From Cystobasidiomycetes sp. EMM_F5 (lineage: Eukaryota), in NCBI GenBank assembly GCA_051047955.1, contig JBPGPT010000001.1, positions 372,001 through 436,000 on the forward strand: a stretch of 64,000 bases of DNA, written 5' to 3'. The first letter of the stretch is position 1. Every line of letters begins with the position of its first letter. This document shows positions 26,124 through 39,508 of this stretch, in pieces. Position numbers and translations under genes: made by a program. Under the pieces are notes generated by a model. That model searched no databases and was not told where the DNA came from. It was given only the letters and a program-made list of their open reading frames with translations.

Positions 26124-27772
26124 TCATTGCGGATTGACGACATGCTCCTCTTCCGCCTCGCCGCTCGGTGAAATGCTTTGTCCCTTCTGCAGATCGTCTC
26201 GCACTGGCTCTAGTATACCAGAATGAAGAAGCCGGTTCAATTCGGAATCTCTCTGTTCTTTGCCGTCGCTGAGCATTAGCGCCACTCTCGTGAGTACGTC
26301 GGATGAGCCAAGACTGAAGCGTAGATTGTCGGGTACTTCAGAACATTACAATGATTAGACAGCATACGCGCCTTGCGAGTGGGACGGGACTGACTCAGGT
26401 CATCTCCTCTCGATGTACCGACATTGAGCATGGCAACGGGCTTGCCAGCATCAGTAGCTTGCTTCAGCAGCCGATAAGCCGAGTACGTAGCCAATGACGT
26501 CCCAACTAGCGGATATATCAGGTTATGGACTGCTTAGAGTACTGAACAATAGACGCACCCAGCAAAACCTGCGACGCGCTTTCAACCATCTTTTGTGCCC
26601 TTGTCTTGTCAGGCTGTGGTATGTTTTCTCCGACTTGCACATGATTATGTCAGACTCTTTGACATCAAGATGATAAGGGAGGGAGGGTACCAACAGAATA
26701 TAACGGAGGGTTTTATGATGCCTTGATCGCATTTTGGACACGGCAACAATTTGAAGGTGTCGTATGAGCGGCCTTGGAGGTCGACATCGCCTGTCAATGA
26801 CAACATCTTAGCCATAGCACCAAGAGGAGTAAATTCAGTAACTGATATACCATCTGGGTTTGTCCTCGGCTCCGTCTGTATCGTAAGTCAGATTATATGC
26901 CATGAATGCACGCAGTCAAGAGTATTACCCCGTTCCGAATATTCTCATGCAGGTAGTCCCACCACATCGGATTGAGCTCGCTCAGCTGGACTTGGACCAT
27001 GTCTCTATCGAGTACGGTGTGACATTCTGCCACCTAAAAGTTAGATTTCATTATTGTGGCTAATCAAAAAATCACGCATACTCAGACAGTGTGCGTGTTT
27101 AAGCGAGCCGTGTAACTCCAATATCGTCGATAACGCCTTCTCTTGCGTGGGTATAGCCTTATGTTGTAAGCTGGAGAACACGTTAGTGGCGCGGAGGGAG
27201 CAAAGTCGGTGTATTCTGTTCACCGGTCTACATTTTGAGTGATTATGCCAGGTTTCAAATAGCCAAGGTGTTGGAGAGCAGCCATGGCGAAATGAGTCCG
27301 GTTGGCTTTTGCTTTTTGAACTGGAGGATAGCCTGTGAACAAGGTTTGAGCGTCGCTCGTCGAAAATAATGTCTTTTGATATCGCACCCAGATACGAACG
27401 TGCCCAGTATCTCTGCCTGTAGGATTCGTGTGCTACGAATTCGTGAAAGAAGATGGGTCTGTATGTTCGGTTGACATTGTACGAGCCGCCTTTGCCACGA
27501 TATGCGCGTATTCCGCTGTTTAGCGTCGCCAGCAGGCCAAACAACACAAGTCTGTCAGAATAGCCTCCTCCATGTGTTCTATACGCGCACCTGTCGACGC
27601 TGACACCAGCCCCGCAGAGAATCAGAGTCCCGTTTCCAGAATCCGGTCGATGTGATCTGGACTGGCCATCTTCAAGGAATCTCGCCAGTCGGACTGCCGC
27701 TTCATCGACCGACACCTGCAGCGCTGGCGGCAGTGACGGTACAAAGTCAATCTTGGGTATCGATATCCGCAT
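26124..27772 (-). CDS. SIRT4-like (class II) sirtuin, highly fragmented into short exons
   Basis: GAGVSVD|SGIRAYRG, RQRYWARSYLG, ITQNVD, LELHGSL, NPD|GDVDL, VGTSLATYSAYRL, LNVGTSRGD. Confidence 0.88.
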
Positions 27773-27894
27773 CTTTGGGGCGATGGGCAGAATGTCAGTC
27801 GCGTAAAGGCAGCGTTGGTGACGTCTGATCAGCAAAACGCAAACAACTTTGAGCATTCAACAAATACTGCTGCCGCTCAAGCTACGTATCCGTC

Positions 27895-29303
27895 ATGGAA
27901 TCCGAGGAGCTGTACCATGTAGTCAGCGTCGACAGCAATGGCGCCCGCATACCGCCGATTCTGATCAAGGGTGCTCTGGCGAGAGACGCCAACGAGGCTT
28001 CGGATCCTGTACTGCTGTTTTCCGGAACAAGGCTGTTCCAGGGACAACAGCAGGCGACGGTGGATATCAGAATCACGTCGGAACACGTCCAGAACACACG
28101 GCAAAGAGGCACAGAAAGCCAGCGGACGAGCAATACCGATGCGTTTGACCGTGCATGGGGATACTTTCGAGACCAGGCGTACAAAGTCGACACGAGACAG
28201 AAAGGTGTCGTCAAGGTGTGTGTTAAATAATTAACTCTCGCAGCGTTCGGCATCTGAATACGGCAGTCAGGTCCGATTTGACAGTCTCCCCCGCCTTACT
28301 TTCGAACTCGATTTCAACCACGAGAGGCATCCGCATGCGACTCCGGCTTTCGATCTTGCACTGGAAGGAGCGCGCCATGTGCGTCCATCACTAAGCAAGC
28401 CAAGCATGTCTCTGAACAATCATTATATTCAGCTCTCTAATGCATTAGAATCCGTCAAGACAGAACTCGCAACCGCACAAACTCAACTGCATGACAAGGA
28501 GAAAGAGTTGCGGGCACTGGATCGCAAATTACAGAATACCGAAGCGGAGCTACGTGAGACATCTACAAAATTGCAAAGGCTTTTGTCGACCGGCGGGAAT
28601 GCGTTGAATGACCTGGCATCCGCTGCGAGGCCTGGTCTCGGTAAGAAGCGCACACGAAGTGCAGTCATGGAAGATGCTACTCAGGGAACGGGTGAGCAGA
28701 CTACCAACCATTGCGAGAACGTATGCGTTTACTCCAAAATTGCCCCGCAAGCTCGCAAACGGAAAGTTGCGGATCCAAATATCGCAAGGACAGGCAGGAC
28801 TGCTCAAAAGTAAACTTCACCGATTGCCTACATAGCACTGTGGTGTACATGCTTGCTGAAGAGTTACACACAGGCATGCGACCACTGGCTTCGTTGATGA
28901 TGACGAGGAAGTATCAGACGGAACAGAGGAAGATGAGCTACCATTAGCTGCCACTAAGTCCCCTAAACGTGCGAGTCGCGCCACTCGCGCGGCTGAGACT
29001 GGTAGACATGCTGCTTCGAGCGAGCTGTCTGATCGAGCGAATGAGATGCAATCGCGCGCGAGTGAGTACCTATAGTCTACAATCGGGGATGAGCTACTGA
29101 TGGATGACTGTGACCTGAATCCACTCAGCAACAACAAGACTGGCGACCGCAGAGGATAGCCGTCCTGGCAGGACCGTCCAAAAGTTAGTTCATGCAAAGG
29201 TGTTGCATGCGCATTGTTCTAAACCGCTTCTTCCGTGCTTGACAGGAAAGTCGATACGGGCTTTGTGGATGATGACGACGACGAGAAGACAGCCAGCGAC
29301 TGA
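27895..29303 (+). CDS. Hypothetical protein: globular N-terminal head, coiled coil, charged tail (XRCC4/XLF/PAXX-like architecture, tentative)
   Basis: Seven-exon model with canonical introns; heptad region LSNALESVKTELATAQTQLHDKEKELRALDRKLQ; stop TGA at 29301-29303. The CDS is well supported, the family is inference. Confidence 0.65.
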
Positions 29304-29542
29304 ACTTGACTGCCGCAGGCGAGTCGGTAGATATACTCCAGTTCGAGTAAGGTCAGCGGGACGATACTTTCGACAATATGCGAGAAAGGAATAGGGATTA
29401 GCGATCTCCAGTAGCGTCTGTCGATCTGTTGTTGCGGTGCTCTCGCACATTGCTGCTCAGATCGCCTATCTAATATACTATTAGGCTCGGGTCGCGCGTC
29501 GAGTATTGTTTTTGCTGCCCGCCCACTCCAGCCTCATAAATC

Positions 29543-31248
<1,706 letters not shown>

Positions 31249-31703
31249 GTGCCGTGCTGTGGGCGAAAATCTGGGCAGATATCAGGCGTGGAAGGAGGAT
31301 TTTAGGATCACCCAAAGACAGTGTTGTAGCAAGATCGCGTCGGTAGGCCAGAATGAGTCGCAAATATTCTGCAGTGCAAACCTAACTTGATACAAGCAAT
31401 TCATTCTAACAAATACAATGCATGATTTTCGTACGTTTCTGCTGTTCACTGTACTTCGATGTTTGACTTTGGAAGGAGACGAGCCGTCCGTGTAAGTGGC
31501 TCCTCCACAGACAGGAAGCAATGCGAAGAAAACTTGGACTTGAAGTCATGGACGGGCGTAACATAATTTCACTTCGATGAAAAGACTCTCGATAATGTAA
31601 CGAAGTGGAAAGTCCGAAATACGTTGGTCGTGTCTTGCGTCGTTCGTTGAATGCCCTCTAGTGGCATGCCAGGACGGGCCTTGCTGGAAATGGGCTGATA
31701 GAA

Positions 31704-34700
31704 TTACTGCATTTGCTGATCCTGTTGACGCTCGCTAATCGTCACAGCAGTACCGGCCTGCGCGACGGCCTCGGCTTGCGCAGAGGGTGCAGAGGGGAAA
31801 GCTTGTTCGTGTCGAGGTGACATGGGAAAGCGGGGTGTTCCAGAATTAGCGAAAGCCATTATATCTTCCGGGCTAAGATTCGGGCCAAAGCTTGGTGAGT
31901 TGAAGCCGTCAAAAGCAGGAGAGGAGATGCCTTGCTGTCCATCGTGACGACCGCCAGGTCCTCGTCGGAGCATGGGTCCCCGCGCGACGTTGCCAACTCG
32001 ATCTTTGCCATACGCACTGATCAACGAGGTTCGTCAACTTCGCTTCTGTGAACACCGCAAGCGATACTTACATCTTGAATTTGCTGTACTCTTCATGCTG
32101 TTTCAACGCTTCGATGGCCTTGACAGCCGTCGAGATCTTGGTGAAATTGACAAAAGCGCAACTCTTGTCTTCCAACGCGTTGACTTGCTCAATGTCGCCA
32201 TACTGGCCGAGGTCTTCCTTGATCTTTTCCAGAGTGAAGACTTCAAAGTCGTCGATCTAGTCGAGTGGTCCGGAGTCGCTCGTCAGTCTCACAAAAGTAT
32301 AATATGATGCTGCAACATACGTTTCCGATGTACACATTCCGCGATCCACCAGCCGCAACAATGGCAGAAATGCCAGGTGGACACGGGCCAGAATTCTTGC
32401 CCCATCCAATCTTGAGTCTGCGATTCTTGACAGTGATGCCTTGCGAGATAGCATATTGATATAGCGCAAGAGCAGACTCTGGTAGAACAAAAGAAACAAA
32501 GCAAATGTGCTTCTCCGGGAGCAGCCGAACTTCTTGCAGAATGCCACCTCTGGGTAAAGGTGGAGATCAGCTTTGCGTAAGGGGAGAAAGGCGATTACGA
32601 AAGACACTTACCGAATAGTGTTGCACACATCTTCACAAGTCGTGTCAGGGTGCAAATTGCCCACTAAATATAAAGGTCCAATTAGTAGCTGGTAGTACAT
32701 GGCACGCGGCAAACTCACGATATATCGTCCGATTACCAATCTGAATACTCGGATCGACAAATCCCCCTTGGAATGCCATTGGCGACATGAGCGGAGACAT
32801 GGGCATGGCGGGAGACATGGGGTTGAAAGGAGACATGACCTGACTTGCAGCTTGCGCAGCCATAGCGGCGGCCATCTGGTTATGTTGTTGCTGTTGATGC
32901 TGATTGCGCGGGACATATGCGCATCGATCCTTGCCGTAATTGACTCTTCTTCCAGCCCATTCGGGCTCCTTCGGTAATTCCGTCACGACCTTGATGGCAG
33001 TCGCAATCGAGAGGAAGTGCACAAATCCAATGTTCTTATCGCGCACAATCTTGACCTGATCGATGTGACCATAGCGCGACAAATCGTCTCTCAAGCTCTG
33101 TTCAGTGAAGTTCTCATCTAGGTTACCAAGGTAGACATTTCGGGTTGCCCCGTGCTGTTGAACAGCTTGCACGACTGGTGCAGGTATAGTGGTCGGTTTG
33201 CCCCAACCAATCTTGAGCTCCTGGCCATGTAGTCGAATTTTGCGCAACGTGGCATCTGACTGGAACGCTGATGCAACACTCGGATCTAAGAAGGAGATGA
33301 AGGCACAAGATTTGTCCGGCAAGATCTTGACGTTTTCAATAGGTCCGTACCGAACCAGAGAGAGAAGTTCGTCGACTGATGCGTCCCCTGGTAGATTCCC
33401 GACGTATACTGTGCGGATGACGGGATTGTTCTGGGCAGCATGCGCTGCCATTTCGTTAAATTGTGCTTGTAGATTAGGACTGTCCATTCCGCTCGGCAAG
33501 CCCATGTTACCTAGACCTTGGTTGGGCATACCAGCTGCCGCTGCGGCCGCTGCCATTGCGGCGGGGTTGACGCCCAATCCAAGTCCCGTCATGTTGAGGT
33601 TGTATAAGCCACCTGGTCCACCTAGCCCAAGACCTGCTGCTGCAGCAGCGGCTTGGAAGGCGGCGTTCTGAGCCAACGATGGACTGGCGAAATTTGGGGT
33701 GAAACCCGTCGCCGGGCTCAGGGGTGAGATGGTCGCAGATCCTGGTGCAACACTAGTATTGGAGGAAGGGATGCCGCTACCGGCGCCTGAAAAGGAAGAC
33801 ATAGCAGACATGGCTTGCGCGGCGGGAGAGGTGGAAATACTGCCTGGGTTAGGCGGACCAGCACCCATCGCACCGGCAAAGGGGAACGGAGAGTTTTGTG
33901 CAGAATTCGGAGTGGAAGTACTTTGCTGCTGCTGTTGCTGCTGTTGCTGTTGGGCAGCCAGCATTGCAGCCGCAGCATACGAAGCAGGCCCAACAAGCCC
34001 AAACTGCTGCATGTTTTGCCCGAAATTCGGGGAATTGGGGTATCCCTGACTGTCATTTGCCATTGACGATTGACCGGGCAGCATGCTAGAGGCGCCACGT
34101 TGATGTTGTCCGCTCATCTGCGCAAGTCCAAGCAAGTCGCGTTTCAATCGATGAGAGCAGACCGGAGGCATGACGCGTGGGCAGAAGGGCGAATACAAAC
34201 GCCGAAGACATTTAGCACAGTCTTTTGAAACAATATGAGCAGCCATTTAGAAATCACCCACAGCATTGGCACCATTCATCTGACCGAACGGGTTTCCCGA
34301 CAGGAGGGGGGACGTCATTCCGGCCTGTTGCGATGCCGCAGCCAACTGAGCGACATACATGCCATAGTCCTGAGGGTTCATCCCCATCAGACCTTGCATC
34401 TGCTGCTGTTGCTGAAGAGCGCCAGACGATTGGCTTGCACGGTCTCCGTTCGAAGGTAGTAGTGACCCTGTACATCACAATGGTCGCATCACAACGTCAG
34501 TCCCGACGATAAGAGACAATTAAACATCAGACGCACCTGGGTATGCCATACCACCAGGTAAAGTAATAGGCTGAATGCTTTGTCCTCCTTGGTGACTGAT
34601 TTTCCGATTCTGGTCTATCGATGGTGACGTTGAATGGCCAGCTAAACTTCCTGAAGGAGCCTGCTGCTGTCCTGAACTGATGTTGATATCTCCAAATCCG

Positions 34701-34927
34701 TTCTTCATATAATCATAATCGCTGCCCACGCCAGACTGTTGTTGCGAAGGATTGGAGAAATTCGAAGATGGAAAATGCGGTTGCTGGCCGAAGTGCATCT
34801 GCTGTTGATAGGTCTCGGCGGCCGAAAGGTGCGATCCGCCGATGTTGCGGCTGTTTGATAGGTCGCGCGAGTCCTGATTGTATCGCGACTGTCCTGCTTG
34901 TCCGTATGTATGGGCAGATCCGTCCAT
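31704..34927 (-). CDS. Multi-RRM RNA-binding protein (S. pombe Nrd1 / S. cerevisiae Mrn1-like)
   Basis: RTVYVGNLP...KSCAFISF; ATRNVYLGNL...KNIGFVHF...YGKDRC; third and fourth RRMs in later exons; poly-Q/poly-A N-terminal region. Confidence 0.88.
33925..33954. repeat. CAG/CAA trinucleotide tract encoding poly-Q (10 Q) in the RRM gene
   Basis: (tgc/tgt)n run on the plus strand; QQQQQQQQQQ in the translation. Confidence 0.9.
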
Positions 34928-36758
34928 GCCGCGGCTCTAGCTGATCAGAACCCCTGCAAATTGAGCCGACCGCTGAACGATGCGAGAAGACGAGGCGATA
35001 GGGCCAGACTTGCTATGCAAAGAAATTGAACTACTGGACACAATCGCGATTTGACGGAGGTGCAATTAGGACCGCGGCGGCGAATATCACACGCGTGTGC
35101 GGTCACAGCGAAATGAACAAAAGCCGGCAGGGACAATCGATCCGTAAAGTTGCGTTGAACGGGTTCGGACACATTCGACGCGATCCGAAAGAAAGGCCAA
35201 ACAGACGGGACAGGTGTGATTGAAAGAGTAGGCGAAAAAAATAAAAAATGCAGGTAGTTGGCGTATAGAAGATAGCATAATGGTCAGCTTGTTGTGTTGA
35301 TGCAGTGAGCAGGAGCAGGAGCAGCTCACGCTACGGACTCGTCAATCGGTGGCAATTGATCCAAAGATGACAATCAGACTCGGAGGGCGCGAAGAGTACA
35401 GACAGCGTCTGCGCTCGAATCTTTTGATTGCGAAACTCCTTGAATTCCGTACGTTTGGAAGATTCTTGATTTTCAAAATCTCCTGAAATATGGCTTCGCA
35501 GTGGCGACTGCTAGCCTAGGCTTGCGAATTCGAGTAGCGTATGCGTAGTCCGTCACGCTCTTTACCTGCAGATATTGAGCAAAGAGTAATGCGATGACTA
35601 CGACGGAATGCAGAGGAAAGAAGCTGATGGATGCTGTCGATGAGCCTATTCTCGCCCAGGTACGGTTCTCTCGGCGAAAGCGCACCAGCAAAGGATTCGC
35701 TGATCCGAATGGGCTGATGCGTCTACTGCAAGAAGCTGATTGTTGTAAAGGTGGAGTAGACCTCTTGTCAATATAAACGTTGCGTTGGGGACTGGCGGTG
35801 TGAGGCACGCGCAACCAGGCCAAAAACAGCGGAATCTGAATTGCGATACGTCGCGGTCAGTACTAGTCGCCCCCGATTAGACGTACCGTAGACTGACCAA
35901 GATACCAACTGTCTGCTGAGTTGTGTAGCCAGATTACTGGACTGCGACCCAAGGCGACTTGATCTGATCACCGCCCGAGGAGAATGACCTTGACGCGCAG
36001 CTAGCCAGAAGCCAGAAATGGTCCAATGCAACTGAATCGTGGCAGCAATCTGTTCTGCTCAGATCGCGTCTACTGTCGTTGCTGTATGCCACGTCCAGCT
36101 GGCCGATTGTCGAGAAATGAAGCCTGGATCCACGAGCCAAGCAACAAGAGCAAATAATCCAGGTACAGTGCAAAAGACAGTAACTCAGTGCCGGGCATCT
36201 GACCATCTGGCGGCACAGCTACAACATCTATTATATATTTAATGTAAGTGCTGCGGTGCTTACGCCTTGGCTTTGCACCCTGCGGTTGCTTGCACGGAAT
36301 TTAGATTGGGCGCGTTAATTGGTTGGCTGGAATCGATTCTACTCGCATCGAGAGGCGTGCGCCGTAATCTAGCCCGCTGAATGGTGACTTGTCTTTCATT
36401 CTGTACTGCTGCAGTAAGTGACAAGTGACAAGCCGTCAGTCGCAAAAGAAGACTGTTGTATCTGCGCAGGCGTCACGTGCTGTGAATTTACAGTACAGTA
36501 AATGCACCTGAATCCACATTCGATAGCGACAGACCATTCCAGCAGGTTCCTCTCAGCCTGCTGTCGTGCATCCTGAGTGACATGCATGGATGGTATAAGT
36601 CATCGAAGGAAATCATACATCCGACACGCGATTCGCTGTTGCCGGCTACTCAATTTCGCTTGCCGAAGACCGCCCCAGCTACGCCGACAAATGATCCGAA
36701 AGCCTGTCTCTTTTCAAGTCTGTTCTTGCACCTCCTGCTACTCGTCACTGTCACAAGC

Positions 36759-39333
36759 ATGTCCTGCTCTCCAGCTAAATGCGGGAGCTGTTCCAAACCA
36801 TGCAATGGAAACGATATTGGACAGGGGGGTGACGCTCTGCGAACGACATCAGCTGATCCGGAAGATGTGAAAGCTCAACTGGAAGCCGCTTTATTGCGTG
36901 CACAAGCTGCAGAACAGGCATACGAGAACCTCAAAGCCGAACAGAAGGTGGAGCGTGCCGTAAAGCATGGAAACGGCATGCTCGGTGAACTGAAACCATT
37001 GCGAAGTCAAGCTTGGTTTAACAATCGCAAGTCATGGCTCTAGAGGCTTTCTGAAAAGAGGCTTACACTATCTCTATGGTGCAGCCCATAATCCTAGCAT
37101 GACTGCATTGTGTGAGCTCTTGTCAGAGCGACATGGAGAAGCACAATGACCGCTGACTAATGGAACATCAGACTTGGAGAGATATCTCAACTACGGCCTA
37201 ACGATGCCTGAGATTAATGATCCTCGCAAGCCAATCATTGGTCGGTCCTTTCCTGTTTCTGTCGAAGCAGCATACACAGCTAATTGCACCACTGAGTGTA
37301 GGGATAGCGCAGACAGGGTCAGGTATGTGCTGTTTACCATAAAAATCTTCGTGGAAGTTCCTAACGACTTTCTGCATCAGATCTCTCGCCATGTAACCGC
37401 CACCATCTTATTCTCGCCAAGCGGGTTCGCGCAGGTATCATTGCAGCGGGCGGCACGCCTCTTGAATTTCCATGCCATCCGATTCAGGAGACTGGAAAGC
37501 GTCCGACTGCCTCCTTGGACCGCAATCTTGCGTACCTCTCTCTCGTAGAAGTGCTGTTTGGGTACCCGCTCGATGGAGTCGTTCTCTTGTCCGGTTGCGA
37601 CAAGACGACGCCTGCGCTACTCATGGCGGCTTCGACAGTCAACATTCCCGCCATCGTCATGAATGTCGGACCAATGCTGAATGGGTACAGTAGAAGGGCG
37701 CTGGCTGGATCGTAAGCAAGCAGCCATCAAACCAGGACTCTGATTGAGCCTAACTTTGCATGCTGCCTATTCAAACAGGGGAACTATCGTTTGGCAGCAA
37801 CGGAAGCTGCTTGCGACTGGAGAGATTGATTACAGTCAGTTCCTGGACGTGACGACCGCGTCTGCCCCGTCTGTCGGCCACTGCAATACGATGGGTACCG
37901 CCTCAACGATGAACGCTATGGCAGAAGCTTTAGGTATGGCTTTACCTGGCAGTAGCAATATACCTGCTCCGTACCGTGAAAGAGGGCAGTGTGCATATGT
38001 GAGCAACAGAATGGGCAGTCATTGGCAGCTACTCAACCTAACTACTACATCGGTCGCAGCATACTGGACTTCGGATAGTCGACCTAGTCAGAGAGGACAT
38101 CAAGCCAGCCGATATTATGACGAAGGAAGCATTTGAAAATGCTATTGCTGTCAACACCGCTATAGGCGGATCAACCAATGCAGTCATTCACCTCATAGCC
38201 ATCGCCAAGCATGTTGGAGTTTCTCTGGACTGCGATGACTGGGAACGAGTAGGCTACAGTCTGCCCTTGCTCGTCAATGTTCAGCCTGCGGGAGAGTGGT
38301 GTGTGGCCCCCATTTCCGTTTGATAAATCAGCGACGTTCTAATGATATATTTTCGTGTGCGGACTGGAAACTCAAGGCTGTGCGAGGAGTATCACCGTGC
38401 AGGCGGTCTTCCCGCAGTGATAGCCGAGCTTGTCAAATCGGAAGCGCTACCACATCCAGACGCAAAGACAGTCAACGGCAAATCGCTAGGCGATAACTGC
38501 AGAGGCAAATTTACCTGGGACGACCGCGTCATTTTTCCCTTTGACAAGCCGCTGATGAAAGAAGCTGGGTTCTTGCACTTGAAAGGGACGTTGTTTGATA
38601 GCGCAATCATGAAGAGTGGGCTAAGCAGGTCTGGCAGTACCAAGAGCGACTGAGCTAACAATTGAACTCGTTGATTACAGCCTCCGTTATCTCACCACAA
38701 TTCCGGGATTACTTCTTGTCCAACCCGGATGACCCTATGGCTTTTGAGGGCCCCGCAATGTGCTACGACGGGCCTGAAGATTATCATCATCGTATCGAAG
38801 AGTCACCAACCAAGGTCACCAAGGATACTATTCTGATTATGCGTGGTGCTGGCGTTGTCGGATATCCTGGCGCAGCCGTGAGTCTTCCGCAAGCAGTGCA
38901 CGTTTCAGATGCTGATTCGTTGCGCCCAATGCAGGAGGTTGTCAATATGCAACCCCCCGGCGAGCTCATAAAGGCTGGGATCGCTGAGCTGCCATGCATC
39001 GGTGACGGAAGACAGTCTGGCACTTCTGCCTCTCCATCTATCCTCCATGCCTCGCCGGAGGCTGCGCTGAACAGTAACCTTGCATACGTAGAAGACGGCG
39101 ATATTATTCGCGTTGATCTCAAGAAGCGTCGTGTTGACCTAAAAGTCAGCGAAGAAGAGCTTGAACGAAGAAGAAAGGCCAAAGGAGCGTATCCGTACCC
39201 TCCAAGTCAGACGCCCTGGCAGGATATCTATCGCCGGGAAACTTCGCAGCTCAGCGACGGAATGGTTATCAAGTCAGCCCTTCAGTTCCAAAAAGTCGCA
39301 CAGGAGTTCGTTGTGCCCCGAGACAACCATTGA
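36759..39333 (+). CDS. IlvD/Edd-family [2Fe-2S] dehydratase of the sugar-acid (XylD, D-xylonate dehydratase-like) type
   Basis: Spliced [81 protein letters not shown]-terminal PRDNH. Confidence 0.9.
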
Positions 39334-39508
39334 TCAGTGCTTTACCAATCTATGTATAAAATATGAGCATGCTCCTTGTAGTTTGGCGCAAGACGTCCAC
39401 AGCTATGTATGACCCTGTGCCGTCATTGACACATCCACAAATCTCGATTGCCCAAGTTCGACCATCCTAACAACGATGTAGACCTGAACAGCTCGCTAGC
39501 AGAACGAC

